64,000 nucleotides of DNA from IMG/VR virus record IMGVR_UViG_3300037245_001320, positions 32,001 through 96,000 of that record. The stretch is one strand, 5' to 3'. Below the pieces are notes generated by a model, which ran no database searches, had not been told where the DNA came from, and saw only the letters and a program-made list of their open reading frames with translations. This DNA comes from a virus. The first letter of the stretch is position 1, and the number at the start of each line of letters is the position of its first letter. Position numbers and translations under genes: made by a program. Positions 1 to 10,365 of the stretch are shown piece after piece.

Positions 1-357
1 TAGTAATTAGATCAAAGATTAAAAGGGTGAACAAATGAAACAAGTAAATGTAAAAGACTTAACAAGACTGGAAACAATATTATTAAATGAAATAGTAACA
101 AGTAACATGGATCAAGAATTTGTTTGTCATATTATAGATAGTTCTGAAATAGATAATAAATCAATAAAAGGTGTTATTTCTTCATTAGTTAAAAAAGGTA
201 TAGTAACTATACAGGATTACGAAGGTAAAGGTCTATCAATTGATAATATATTATACTTAAATGATAATAGTAAAGATATTCAGATAGTATTAAATAATTT
301 TAATAAAACACCTAAATTATTTAATATATACTTAAAAGGTTTAAAATAATATTGAGT

Positions 358-390
358 AAGAGAGACTATTAAAACAGTCTCTTTTTATTT
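358..390 (+). terminator. Rho-independent terminator
   Basis: AAGAGAGACT...AGTCTCTT hairpin followed by T tract, after ORF 35..349. Confidence 0.7.
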
Positions 391-1186
391 GTTCCAATAG
401 AATACAAACATATAGTAAACAATATATAGTGATAACCTTATGCAATGCTATAATAACTTACTATCCTAATAACTAACCTCTTATTATACTATCTATGATA
501 TGAGCATAGTGGTGCATACAAGCGATGTAATACAATAGATATACAATCATACCACTTTAATATATAAACCTTCTACGGTGATATATGAAGGATACTATAA
601 GAGACTATATGTAAGAAACCATATATAGTAGGGTGTTTATACTGGACTTATTGGAATAGTTGATAAGATGTATAACTATTGTATAAAGATCGTTGTATAG
701 TCTTGTATGGAGAAATTAAGGGGATTGTAGATAGTATGTAAGATAGTTCTTATGTATAGTTAAGTCGTTGCTTAATTGTTTAGGTGTTGCATTGATATCA
801 TACGTATTAGGCAAGGCTAACTGTAATTATATATTACATATCATTTGATAACAATAAATAGTAAGTGGCGAAATATACCACGCCTTGGTAATTCTTACCA
901 TTATTGATATAAACATATGTATAACTATTTCAATTCTGCTATATAGTCAAAAAAGATGTCATTGTTCCCAGACTTAAATTTTCTTTTTTATTTCTCTTAG
1001 GATTCGACGATTAAGCAACTACTTAACTATCGAACTATCCCACTCGACGCAACGTCAACGCCAAATGAGAGAAAAAAGGAACAACTTTCATAAATGGAGT
1101 CAAAAGAGGGTCAAATTCACGTTATTTAGTAGCACTTTCTATGAGAGTTGACCATATAAGCATAAATATGCATCAAAACGACCGAA

Positions 1187-1293
1187 TTAGGCACACCTAA
1201 CTAAATTAGGCAAGGGTAAGTTTGATAGGCAAGCCTAACAACATTAGGGAGGGTGGCCGGTTAGTCCGACCTAACAAACTTAGTCTGTATATC
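1187..1293. repeat. Array of imperfect palindromes TTAGG-N4-CCTAA with ~19-bp period (iteron/operator-like)
   Basis: Units start at 1187, 1206, 1225, 1244, 1261 and 1280; an isolated copy at 807-820. Confidence 0.7.
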
Positions 1294-1507
1294 ATGACAC
1301 CGAAATTTTGTTGGTGTTTCATATGGCTCTAGACGAGCTCTGTACTAGCATTTAAGCACCTTTTCAACAAATAACCCTCTCACAGCTCAAAACCGAGCAC
1401 TGAAATTTTTGGCTCTCACCTTTCCAGCTCCCTTAGAAATCAAGTCCAAATTTTTTCTGAAACAGCAAAATAAGGCACTATAAGCCAAAAACTCTCACCA
1501 ACCCCCG

Positions 1508-1531
1508 AAAAAATTCCCACTATGCTATAAT
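1508..1531 (+). promoter_or_regulatory. Conserved 24-bp phage promoter, copy 1
   Basis: AAAAAATTCCCACTATGCTATAAT, extended -10 (TGnTATAAT); one of 8 copies. Confidence 0.85.
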
Positions 1532-1589
1532 GTATATAAGAGTTAAATAACTAATGTTAAAAAGGCATAGTTAAAATAGGAGAAATAAG

Positions 1590-2315
1590 ATGACATTAAC
1601 AAAAGCATTTGAGATGACAGTAGAGTACCTTGGAGAGACGAAGGATGTAAAAGTAGATAAGGAAGGGTATATGTGTTTAAATGACATGGCCCAATTCTTT
1701 CCAAATAAAAACGTAAAGGAATGGCTAACTAATAGAAATACAAAAGATTTTATAGTAGTTATGGAGAAGTTTTTAACTGGGGGAGATTCTACCCTTTTAA
1801 AAATAGAGGATTTTGGTAGTAGAGGAGGAATACCTAAGGGCTTAAAAGCTATTAAAACCAAATCGGGTAGGTATGGAGGAGGAACATTTGCACAAAAGAC
1901 CTTGGCTTTAAAGTTTGCTATGTGGTTAAGTCCTGAGTTTGAACTAGATGTTTTACTATCCTATGAGAATGGAACGCAACACAAACAAGATTGGAATATG
2001 CAAAGAATATTAGCTTCTGAAAACTACAAACTACAAACAGAGTCCATTAGCTTATCCCCAGAAGGAAAGTTACCTTATGCAAAGGGATACACTAGCAATG
2101 CTAAACTTCTTAATGTACTGGTGTTTGGAGAACATCAAAAAGGTAGGAGAGATACAGGAACAGTTGTGGAACTAAATCAGATAAGCTATTTAGAATCTAA
2201 AAACAGTGCTTTCATTGATTTAGGGTTATCTTATGAAGTAAGGCAAGTTGAGTTAGCTAAGTTATTAGTTAGAAAGTTTGGTAAAAATGTAAAGCTACTA
2301 GGAGAGAATAAATAA
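1590..2315 (+). CDS. KilA-N domain DNA-binding protein
   Basis: GYMCLNDM, K..KEWL.N..TK, GRYGGGTF...LALKFAMWLSPEFE match the KilA-N pattern. Confidence 0.8.
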   Translation: MTLTKAFEMTVEYLGETKDVKVDKEGYMCLNDMAQFFPNKNVKEWLTNRNTKDFIVVMEKFLTGGDSTLLKIEDFGSRGGIPKGLKAIKTKSGRYGGGTFAQKTLALKFAMWLSPEFELDVLLSYENGTQHKQDWNMQRILASENYKLQTESISLSPEGKLPYAKGYTSNAKLLNVLVFGEHQKGRRDTGTVVELNQISYLESKNSAFIDLGLSYEVRQVELAKLLVRKFGKNVKLLGENK

Positions 2316-2317
2316 GA

Positions 2318-3082
2318 ATGAGTAAATATAAAATATATCAACACTTAGATAAAGAAGACAAGGTACTATATGTAGGGAGAACAACCCGTATGGACAGTAG
2401 ACAACTAGAGCATTTAAAAGCAACTCCGTATAGTAAGAAGATAGAAACAATATTAGAAGGAGAAGCAATAAATAGAACGGCTATGATTTTGTATGAGCAG
2501 TTCTATATAAACAAACTAAAACCATCAGAAAACGAAAGAGATAACAGAGGAGATGATGTGTCTTTCTTAAAGCTAGATTTAATAGAGTTCATCAATTATC
2601 CTTTTGTAAGACCTGCTCCACGAGTAAAACAAGTAATGCTCCCAACTAAGAAGTACATGAATGAAGAAGAGTTCCAAGTATTTATAGAAACGTTTAAAAG
2701 CAAAACAAAGACCGCCTTTAGAAATAAATTATTCTTTGAGATGACGTACTTCACCAAAATAAAACCAGCAGATTTTGCAACACTTACATGGAAAGATATT
2801 AAGAAAGTAAAAGGGGAACATCAATTGCATGTGCCCACAAAAGGATTTTATGTTGTTCTGCCTGAGGACATACCAGAGAAACTAAGTAAATTATATACGT
2901 TGTTTAATATGAAGAAGAAGGATTATATATTTAAACCCTTTTCTAAGGAAGCACCAATACAACTATCTTACTTAAGAAGGAAAATCACAGAGCACGGAAA
3001 ACTAGCAGGCTTCAATTTTGCAATGAATGTAAACCTTTTGCTTAAGGGAATGACGTATCACCAAATACCTATAGAAGATTAA
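2318..3082 (+). CDS. GIY-YIG nuclease domain fused to a degenerate tyrosine-recombinase-like domain
   Basis: N-terminal KIYQH..VLYVGRT....R..EH..E..I...P..N; C-terminal RNKLFFEMTYFTKIKPADFATLTWKDI resembles integrase box I. Confidence 0.6.
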   Translation: MSKYKIYQHLDKEDKVLYVGRTTRMDSRQLEHLKATPYSKKIETILEGEAINRTAMILYEQFYINKLKPSENERDNRGDDVSFLKLDLIEFINYPFVRPAPRVKQVMLPTKKYMNEEEFQVFIETFKSKTKTAFRNKLFFEMTYFTKIKPADFATLTWKDIKKVKGEHQLHVPTKGFYVVLPEDIPEKLSKLYTLFNMKKKDYIFKPFSKEAPIQLSYLRRKITEHGKLAGFNFAMNVNLLLKGMTYHQIPIED

Positions 3083-3174
3083 ATAATAAAGGGTATATTT
3101 AACACATATGCCCTCGACATACCAACACAATCCACGATACAATACAAATAGATAAAAACAACAAGGAGAAATAA

Positions 3175-3714
3175 ATGAAATTTAATTATGAACAAGAAGA
3201 GAGAACCAAGAGTGGAAAGAGCTACTACGAGGTTAATTTAACAGCTATGCATGGAGATGATGAGTATGATGACACAACTACTATAACATTTAAGAGTATA
3301 GCTCATGTTTATTGCCTACTAGAATTATTAAATAGTGAGTTAGCTGAAGAGGAGCTTGATGAAGACAATATAGCATCATTTGAAGAAGTTATGAGAGAGA
3401 TATTTAGTCTTATACCTAAAGGGATATGGGATCATCATGCAGCAATGTGGTCCGAGTACTTTCTAGCGAGGTATAGTATTATGATTATGCCTGCACAGCT
3501 TCTCAAGTTTAACTATAAGAAAATAGATGCCATAGAAGGATTAATAGAAGATATTTTAGAAGAAGTTCAGTCATATGATAGCATTTATGATCAAACTCTA
3601 TTTTATAGTGTAGATAACATTGTATACCACGATGGAACAGGAAAAGAGATCTATATAACTAATATAGAAGCGGAAGCTAACGAATCAGATATAGCTTACG
3701 AGATGGAAGAATAA
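3175..3714 (+). CDS. Hypothetical acidic phage protein
   Basis: 179 aa ORF with AGGAG RBS. Confidence 0.6.
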   Translation: MKFNYEQEERTKSGKSYYEVNLTAMHGDDEYDDTTTITFKSIAHVYCLLELLNSELAEEELDEDNIASFEEVMREIFSLIPKGIWDHHAAMWSEYFLARYSIMIMPAQLLKFNYKKIDAIEGLIEDILEEVQSYDSIYDQTLFYSVDNIVYHDGTGKEIYITNIEAEANESDIAYEMEE

Positions 3715-3726
3715 GGAGAACAACTA

Positions 3727-4013
3727 ATGAGTAAATATAATATAACAAGTGGTGTTAAGATGAATGAGGAGAATCCAGATACATTTGGATACCTACTAAA
3801 GAGGAAAGAACTAATCTTCCAAAAGGCACAAGTGTAAAACTAATCTTCACAGAGGATATACATGGGGAACGTATGTGGGTTACTATTACTGAGGTCTTAG
3901 GAGAGAAGTATAAAGGATTGTTAGATAGTCCTCCTGTGTTTATAGAAGGTATATCTTATGGAGATGAAATCTTATTTGATAGAGATGATATTATATCTAT
4001 TTGGGATCAATAG
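3727..4013 (+). pseudogene. Frameshifted DUF2314/YegJ-like gene (or a sequence error)
   Basis: RBS and ATG at 3727; a -1 shift at ACATTTGGAT (3781-3790) joins PDTF to WIPTKEER...VKLIF...ERMWV...GLLDSPP, ending at TAG 4013. Confidence 0.65.
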
Positions 4014-5000
4014 CTTTTACAAGGAGAATCTATAAAAGGTTCTCTTTTTCTTTTATAGCTACTTGACACAAACTATTATCCATGCTAAACTACCTATATA
4101 AACAAAGAAAGGAGAATAAATGAATAAAGAAATAATAATCAAAACACTTCTACAGACATTAGGTATTGTAATATTTGTGTTTAATTTCCTAATGCTAGCT
4201 AGTGCTTTCAGTTTCATACCCCCAGCACATTTAGCTGCTGGTGGAGGGGTAATAGGTTTAGGTATAATATTTAGAGCATCTTGTAATATAGTGATTACTT
4301 CTAATAATATACTTAAAAATATTGTACTAGCTATTTTTGGAATAATAATAGTAACATTGTGTATGAGTATACTAAGTACTATAACTATATAATAAATAAG
4401 ATAATAAGGAAAGGAGAAACAAAATGAAAACAATATTACTTAAGTCAACAAAGATAGGGGATTGTAAACAAGTAAATTATGAAATCCCTTTAGAGTACAA
4501 GAAGATACAACTAGCAGATGGAATATTCCTACAAGATATTCTTCTAGGTGATCTAGTAGCAAAAGAGATTTCAGATGGAGTATATGTATCTGTTAGGTTA
4601 CATAATCATTTTATGTATGAAGAAGGTGTTGAGGAGAAATAAAATGAATGATTGGAAGGAATTAGTAATAGGGAATATACCTATGGGTTTTTTAGAGGAA
4701 GATAACTATGAAGTTCAATTCAAGGCTGTTAATGATTGGAGGGAAGAGAATAGTGACAAGAAAGAAGTTCTGCACCTAATGATTGATAAAGAATACAAAT
4801 ACCGTTACCGACGTAAACCACTTGAGAATATTAAGATGACAAAAGAAGAGCATCATTCAATAACCTTTGGTATATTACATGCCAACAAAGCAGTAAATGG
4901 AGAGCATATTACGAAAGCACATTTTAATAATGCAATGAGTGCAATGATTAACGGACTGGAAAGTGTTTTAAGACGGACAGGAATAATAGGGGAAGAATAA

Positions 5001-5255
5001 ATGATAGACATAAACTACATTAAATCAAACTCCCTTATATTAGATAGAAGAATATTCTTTCATAACGAAGTAACAATCCCTATAGAACCTTTTCAAAAGA
5101 CTCTGGCTCAGTTATTCTCCCACGCTAAGATATTTACATCTACTAGTGAAGCTAAACGAAATGGATGGGATAAATCTATACCTGATGGATTTTCACAATT
5201 CATTATAGGTAAGAGAAGAAACAAGATAACAATTTTTAAGGAGAAAACAATATGA
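5001..5255 (+). CDS. Stand-alone S4-like domain protein (resembles the TyrRS C-terminal domain)
   Basis: LAQLF..AKIFTSTSEAKR and IGKRR resemble S4 motifs. Confidence 0.45.
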   Translation: MIDINYIKSNSLILDRRIFFHNEVTIPIEPFQKTLAQLFSHAKIFTSTSEAKRNGWDKSIPDGFSQFIIGKRRNKITIFKEKTI

Positions 5256-5512
5256 AAAAGATAATAGCAATAGTAATGATTCTAATGTTAACAGGATGTG
5301 GTATGGCAATGGATAACGTTGGAACAGTAAAAGTCACAATCACAGAAAACCAGAAAACATACAATATAGGAGGAGATGTATCAGGAGTGGTATCTCTTAG
5401 ACAATTAGAAATGCTGATAGAGACAATTAAAGAAGATAATAAGGATTTAAACACAGGCGAAGTGCTTATTTTCCCTTCTAATACATATATTAGTATAAGG
5501 GTGTATAAATGA
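5252..5512 (+). CDS. Small lipoprotein
   Basis: MKKIIAIVMILMLTGC signal peptide with lipobox. Confidence 0.65.
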   Translation: MKKIIAIVMILMLTGCGMAMDNVGTVKVTITENQKTYNIGGDVSGVVSLRQLEMLIETIKEDNKDLNTGEVLIFPSNTYISIRVYK

Positions 5513-7088
5513 CCCTAAAAGAACTAGAAATACAATTCTATAAACAGATGATTATAAATGGATTCAATCCTATCCTCTTAAATACTGTAAATGGAGAGTA
5601 TTCAACACAAGCTATAAAAGGTTTATGGATATGTTGGGAACAATGTGCTCGTGTTAATAAGGTATTGAAAGAAGGAGAATAGATGAGTAACAGAAGATTT
5701 AATAGAGTAATAAATAGATTAGAGGAAAAAGGAATACAAGCAGGGGATATTGAATTTATTAAAGATCAAAATGATACAATAACTACACTAAGAGCTCTAC
5801 TAAAACAAGCAGCACAAGATATAGTGGAAGAGAACAGTAGGTTAAAATCTAAAATAAGTAATTTAGAATATGAAAACAGTTTGGAATATAAAATATTAGA
5901 CGAGTATTCTAGCTTTAGGTTAAAATAACCTAGTGTATATCTAATATATACCTTGGCAATACCCTACCAAAGTAGTATAATTTAATTAAACCATAATAAG
6001 GAGGATTAACATTATGGATACATATTATGTAGAAATTCCATTGACAGGGTTTGTACACACTGAAGTAAAAGCAAATTCTGAAGAAGAGGCACTAGAAAAG
6101 TTTTACAAGAAAGATTGGAAGTTGAGCATAGACTCAGAAGATCAAAGTATGGACTTAGGTGAGCTGGATATGCATGAAAACTTAATTATTGACGGGAAGA
6201 TTCAGACCTACCATATTAAGGCTTTTGCGGAGAAACTCTTAGTTGGTTAAAAGAAGAATTTTTAAGAGGAGGAGATATTCATTTATTTCCTCTTTTTTAT
6301 TTTGTAGCTATTGACTATTGTTTTATAGTGTGTTATTATATGGAAGATTAAAAAGAAAAGGAGAATTAAATTATGACAGTTTTATTTATTATACTAGCAA
6401 TATTGCTTTTATATTGTGGGGGATATTTATGGAGTGCATCCAAAGGATTAAGTATATTTGTGGCATTCTTAGGTGTTATGAGTATGGGAATAGGTATAGG
6501 AGCTTTTGAGATAGATATAAAGAGTTTACAGAAAGATTATTACCACCAAAGAATACCCGACTTGAAACAACTATTAGATAATTATGAAGTAGAAGAATTA
6601 GAACAAAAGATTTTAAAGATAAAAGAAGGAGCTCAGATTGAAACCAATGATTAACGAGAGTATTAAGGAACAGCCCTGTTATTTAACATTGACCTCTAAG
6701 ATAAGGAGAATAATTAAAACAACCTATTCAGAAAATGATTTAATAAATGTAAATTTCCTTACTATGGATTTGTGTGGTGAGGAATATATGATCTGTTTAT
6801 GGGATGGGGAACCACATAGTAGAGATGAGGATTACTGGTCAGAGGATAATGATGGCAGTTTAGACACAGATGATATCTTTATAAAAGATTTAACAGAACA
6901 AGAGAAGCAATTCATAAATGATAACTGGAATATGTTGATTTGGCAGATAGCAAAAGGAGAGGAAAATGAATAAAAATTGTAGTAATTGTAATGGAGACGG
7001 AACGAAAGATGTATATGATCACCATCAGCAGGTAATTATAGTAGTTAAATGTGATTGTAAAGAAGACAACAAGGAGAAAGCAGCATAG

Positions 7089-7613
7089 ATGAAAAAATTA
7101 TTATTATTATGGATAACGACCAGTGTACTTTTCGCAAACAGTATTTCAAACAGCGAAGAGTATAGAGCAGAGACATTAGCACAAGAAGTAACAGTTGTAA
7201 CAACCGAGAAAGGGTTTGTTATTATAGGTAATGAAATGAAAGATTTAATATTCACATTAGATCCTGTAAAAAGAGCAATACTAAGAGGTATTATAGAAGC
7301 ATACCAAGAAGTAGACAATACAGCGGAGTATGCTAACTATAGAACTAATCTACCTCCTGCTATGCAATCAACAGATTTTAAGAGAATGCAATTTGTATAC
7401 ACTCATATAGTAGAGGATGCTTCATCCAATATAGCAGTAACTATAGATATGGATGCTAATGGTATTCATAAAGAGCCTTTTGTGATAAGAGCTACTATAG
7501 ATCAGTGGTTGAATATTTTAAATATTGTAGATCAAGGATTCCTATATATGGATAAGGTTAAAACAGAAATACTTAAATTAAGGAGTATGGAGAATGATAT
7601 ATCCAGAGGTTGA
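7089..7613 (+). CDS. Secreted hypothetical protein
   Basis: Signal peptide MKKLLLLWITTSVLFA. Confidence 0.55.
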   Translation: MKKLLLLWITTSVLFANSISNSEEYRAETLAQEVTVVTTEKGFVIIGNEMKDLIFTLDPVKRAILRGIIEAYQEVDNTAEYANYRTNLPPAMQSTDFKRMQFVYTHIVEDASSNIAVTIDMDANGIHKEPFVIRATIDQWLNILNIVDQGFLYMDKVKTEILKLRSMENDISRG

Positions 7614-7853
7614 GTTATTTATGAAATCAGTTAAGAGAATGAATGAAGCTATAAAAGAGATGAAAAGGAGAAATAAATGGATGATTATTTTGTAATACAG
7701 TCAGATTTTGACAAGTGTACCTCTTCTAGATATGCCCAAATAGAGGAAGTGACTAAAGAAGTAAATAAATTACTAGACACACATATGCCTTTAGGAGGAA
7801 TTATTTTTGACGGAAAGTACACATATCAAACAATGATAAAAATAAAATAGTGT

Positions 7854-7883
7854 TTGACACTCTCCTCTTGATTAGTATACAAT
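7854..7883 (+). promoter_or_regulatory. Sigma70-type promoter
   Basis: TTGACA-N18-TACAAT upstream of the RBS of 7907. Confidence 0.6.
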
Positions 7884-7906
7884 TATATTAAGAGGAGAGA
7901 AGCAAC

Positions 7907-8206
7907 ATGAAAAACATGATAATATTAGATGGAATTTTAGCAGAATCAGTAACAGTAGTTAACAACCAATATGCATTTTGTATTATAACAGAGGATACAG
8001 CCCCAATTATGATTAAGATGGATCCAGAGAGTGAGATATATAACCAACTAAATAAAGGAGCACTAGTAGAGATTATAGGTAGATTACAAACTAAAAAATG
8101 TGTTGTCTTAGATAAAACAAGTCAATGTACCTATATACTAGCTACAAAAGTAGAAGTTAAATGCCAATCACTATTGACACTAAGTACAATAAATGCTATA
8201 GTATAG
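7907..8206 (+). CDS. SSB/PriB-like OB-fold protein lacking the acidic tail
   Basis: N.IIL.G.L...L.KG.LVEI.GRLQT..I.A.KVE pattern. Confidence 0.55.
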   Translation: MKNMIILDGILAESVTVVNNQYAFCIITEDTAPIMIKMDPESEIYNQLNKGALVEIIGRLQTKKCVVLDKTSQCTYILATKVEVKCQSLLTLSTINAIV

Positions 8207-8611
8207 AAGTAATCAAGAATAAGAGAGGGGGAGATACAATATATGATAACATTACTTTTAATAGGAATACTAATTTACTTTTTACTAGGATATGGAGCTT
8301 ATAAGCAATCTGAGAAGAAATGTAAAACAGCTCAGGATAAGAAAGATTTAAAGTCATTCAAAAACAAACTATATCTAAACTGGGTGTCTTACGCTATATT
8401 TATTGGTAAACTAAGACAACATATCAAGAATGTAAAAGAAACAGAGAAAAATACACTAGAACAAACATATAAAGGTGATCCTGATAAAGTTTCCATAGAA
8501 TTGTTTTCTAATGGATTTCAAGGATCAGAGAGAAGAGGATCAGCTATATTTGCATCTTATATTGTAAATCCAATGGCAGATGATAAGTAGATACAACAAT
8601 AGGGAGATTAA

Positions 8612-9025
8612 ATGCTAGAATTAAAAGAAAGAGATTATACTGCGAAAGAACTAGAAGATTTTAAGAGAGAAGTATTAGAGAATAAGAACAGAGACAACGC
8701 ATATTTATTAGGGAATATACAAGCTTTACGATTGTTAGGTTGGCAGATTAAATTAGGTACTAGATTAAAACATGAGTATATGGTGGAATTCTGGGATGTA
8801 CTCAAGTTCGACAGTCAGCTTAAACCTAGGACTATGAGATTAAACATCCCTAAGAAAGAAACTGTAAAATGTCCTGATTGTCGAGATGGAAAAGTTAGAG
8901 TAGTTTGTGCTTGTGGAGGAATGATAGGGAATGTATGTCAATATTGTAATGGAGATTGGCAAAATGCAAAAGAGAAATGTCCAACATGTCAAGGGACAAG
9001 AAGAGTAGAGAAGGGGAAGGAGTAA
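8612..9025 (+). CDS. Protein with a DnaJ-like zinc finger
   Basis: CPDCRDG, CQYCNG and CPTCQGT repeats. Confidence 0.55.
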   Translation: MLELKERDYTAKELEDFKREVLENKNRDNAYLLGNIQALRLLGWQIKLGTRLKHEYMVEFWDVLKFDSQLKPRTMRLNIPKKETVKCPDCRDGKVRVVCACGGMIGNVCQYCNGDWQNAKEKCPTCQGTRRVEKGKE

Positions 9026-10365
9026 GTTAATGAAAGAAGAATTAATATTATCCAAAGGGGAAGTGATATGTTATCAAGATATGCTGGAAAGCACTGTAGG
9101 AGACTTTATATCTAGAGCATTACCCTATAATGGAAACTATGAGGGAATTGAAGATTATGATAGAGGAATAAGAAGAGATGAAGCTTACTTCGAAGGTGAC
9201 GCAGAATACTATATTAAAATAATAAAGAGAAAAGGTTAAGGAGTAAAATATGGAAATAGAATATAATGGTTATGACATATCTATAAATGAAGACTTATTA
9301 GATAAGCAAGATGCATGGAAAAACCTTAAAGATATTATAGAAGCTAGAATAAGAATAATGGAAATATTAGATACAGAACCTGATAATAATCATAAAGAGC
9401 TTTTAAATAAATTGACAGAAGCAGAGTTTGCATTACAAAGAGCATGGAATTTTGACGAAGATGCTAATTACCATAGTTATCAGTGGACAGGACTAAATGA
9501 TTGTACATGTCCTACACTAGATAATTTAGATAACTTAGGATGTGATATAAGATACATATCAAGGAATTGTCCTTGGCATGGGAAAGGAGAATAAATGATA
9601 ACACTAGATGTACTAACTAAGTTCGATAAGCAAATGAGCAACCCCCAGATAAAGAAAAGGAAGATTAGATCTGATATAACAGTTATCTATGATAGAGTTG
9701 AGATACATTATTTATATACAACCAACAATATAGATGCATATAGACATCTACTAAACTGTTATGATATTACAGAAGTTGAATTAAAGGAAATATTATATGA
9801 GATCAAGAATCCTGATAAAGAATTGAAAGGAAGCTCAAAATGAGCCATACAACGATCTTTTTAATAAAAAGGTATATTGTTACCACTTTTTGTAGAAAGT
9901 CGTGTGAAACGACAGTCAGACGCACAGAATAAAGGATTAAGCTTTGAGAAAGAAAGTACTAGATCCATATGTAAAATATTCTTCATTATCCGTTAACGCC
10001 CAAATCACATTTACTGCAATTGAACAGATACTTATGAGATATACTACAAAGGAATTAAAAATAACAAAGGAAGTATTATCTTGGGAAACATCAATGTCTA
10101 TCCCAGGAGTGAAAGTAGCTTTGAGACTTTTAAAAGAAACAGGCTATATTAAATCAAAAAACAGCAACTCACCTATATTAAGAGTGGGTGAGCTATATGA
10201 GGATAAAGGGAGATAGTAGAAAGTGGAAGTAAAATGTGAGTTAAGACTAATTAAGCAACGAGAAAAATTGTTATTAGGTCTTATAGAAAAGCACCAAGAG
10301 ACAGTGGACACATGCAAAGAAGAACTGTATAATACAAGAGAAACAATAAAAGCATTAGAAGGAGT

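Noticed and set aside
1187-1293. CRISPR-like array
   Set aside because: Units are 14 bp with ~5-bp gaps, there are no unique spacers and no cas genes
2318-3082. Functional integrase indicating a temperate lifestyle
   Set aside because: The catalytic R, HxxR and Y residues are not recognisable, and no repressor or att site was seen
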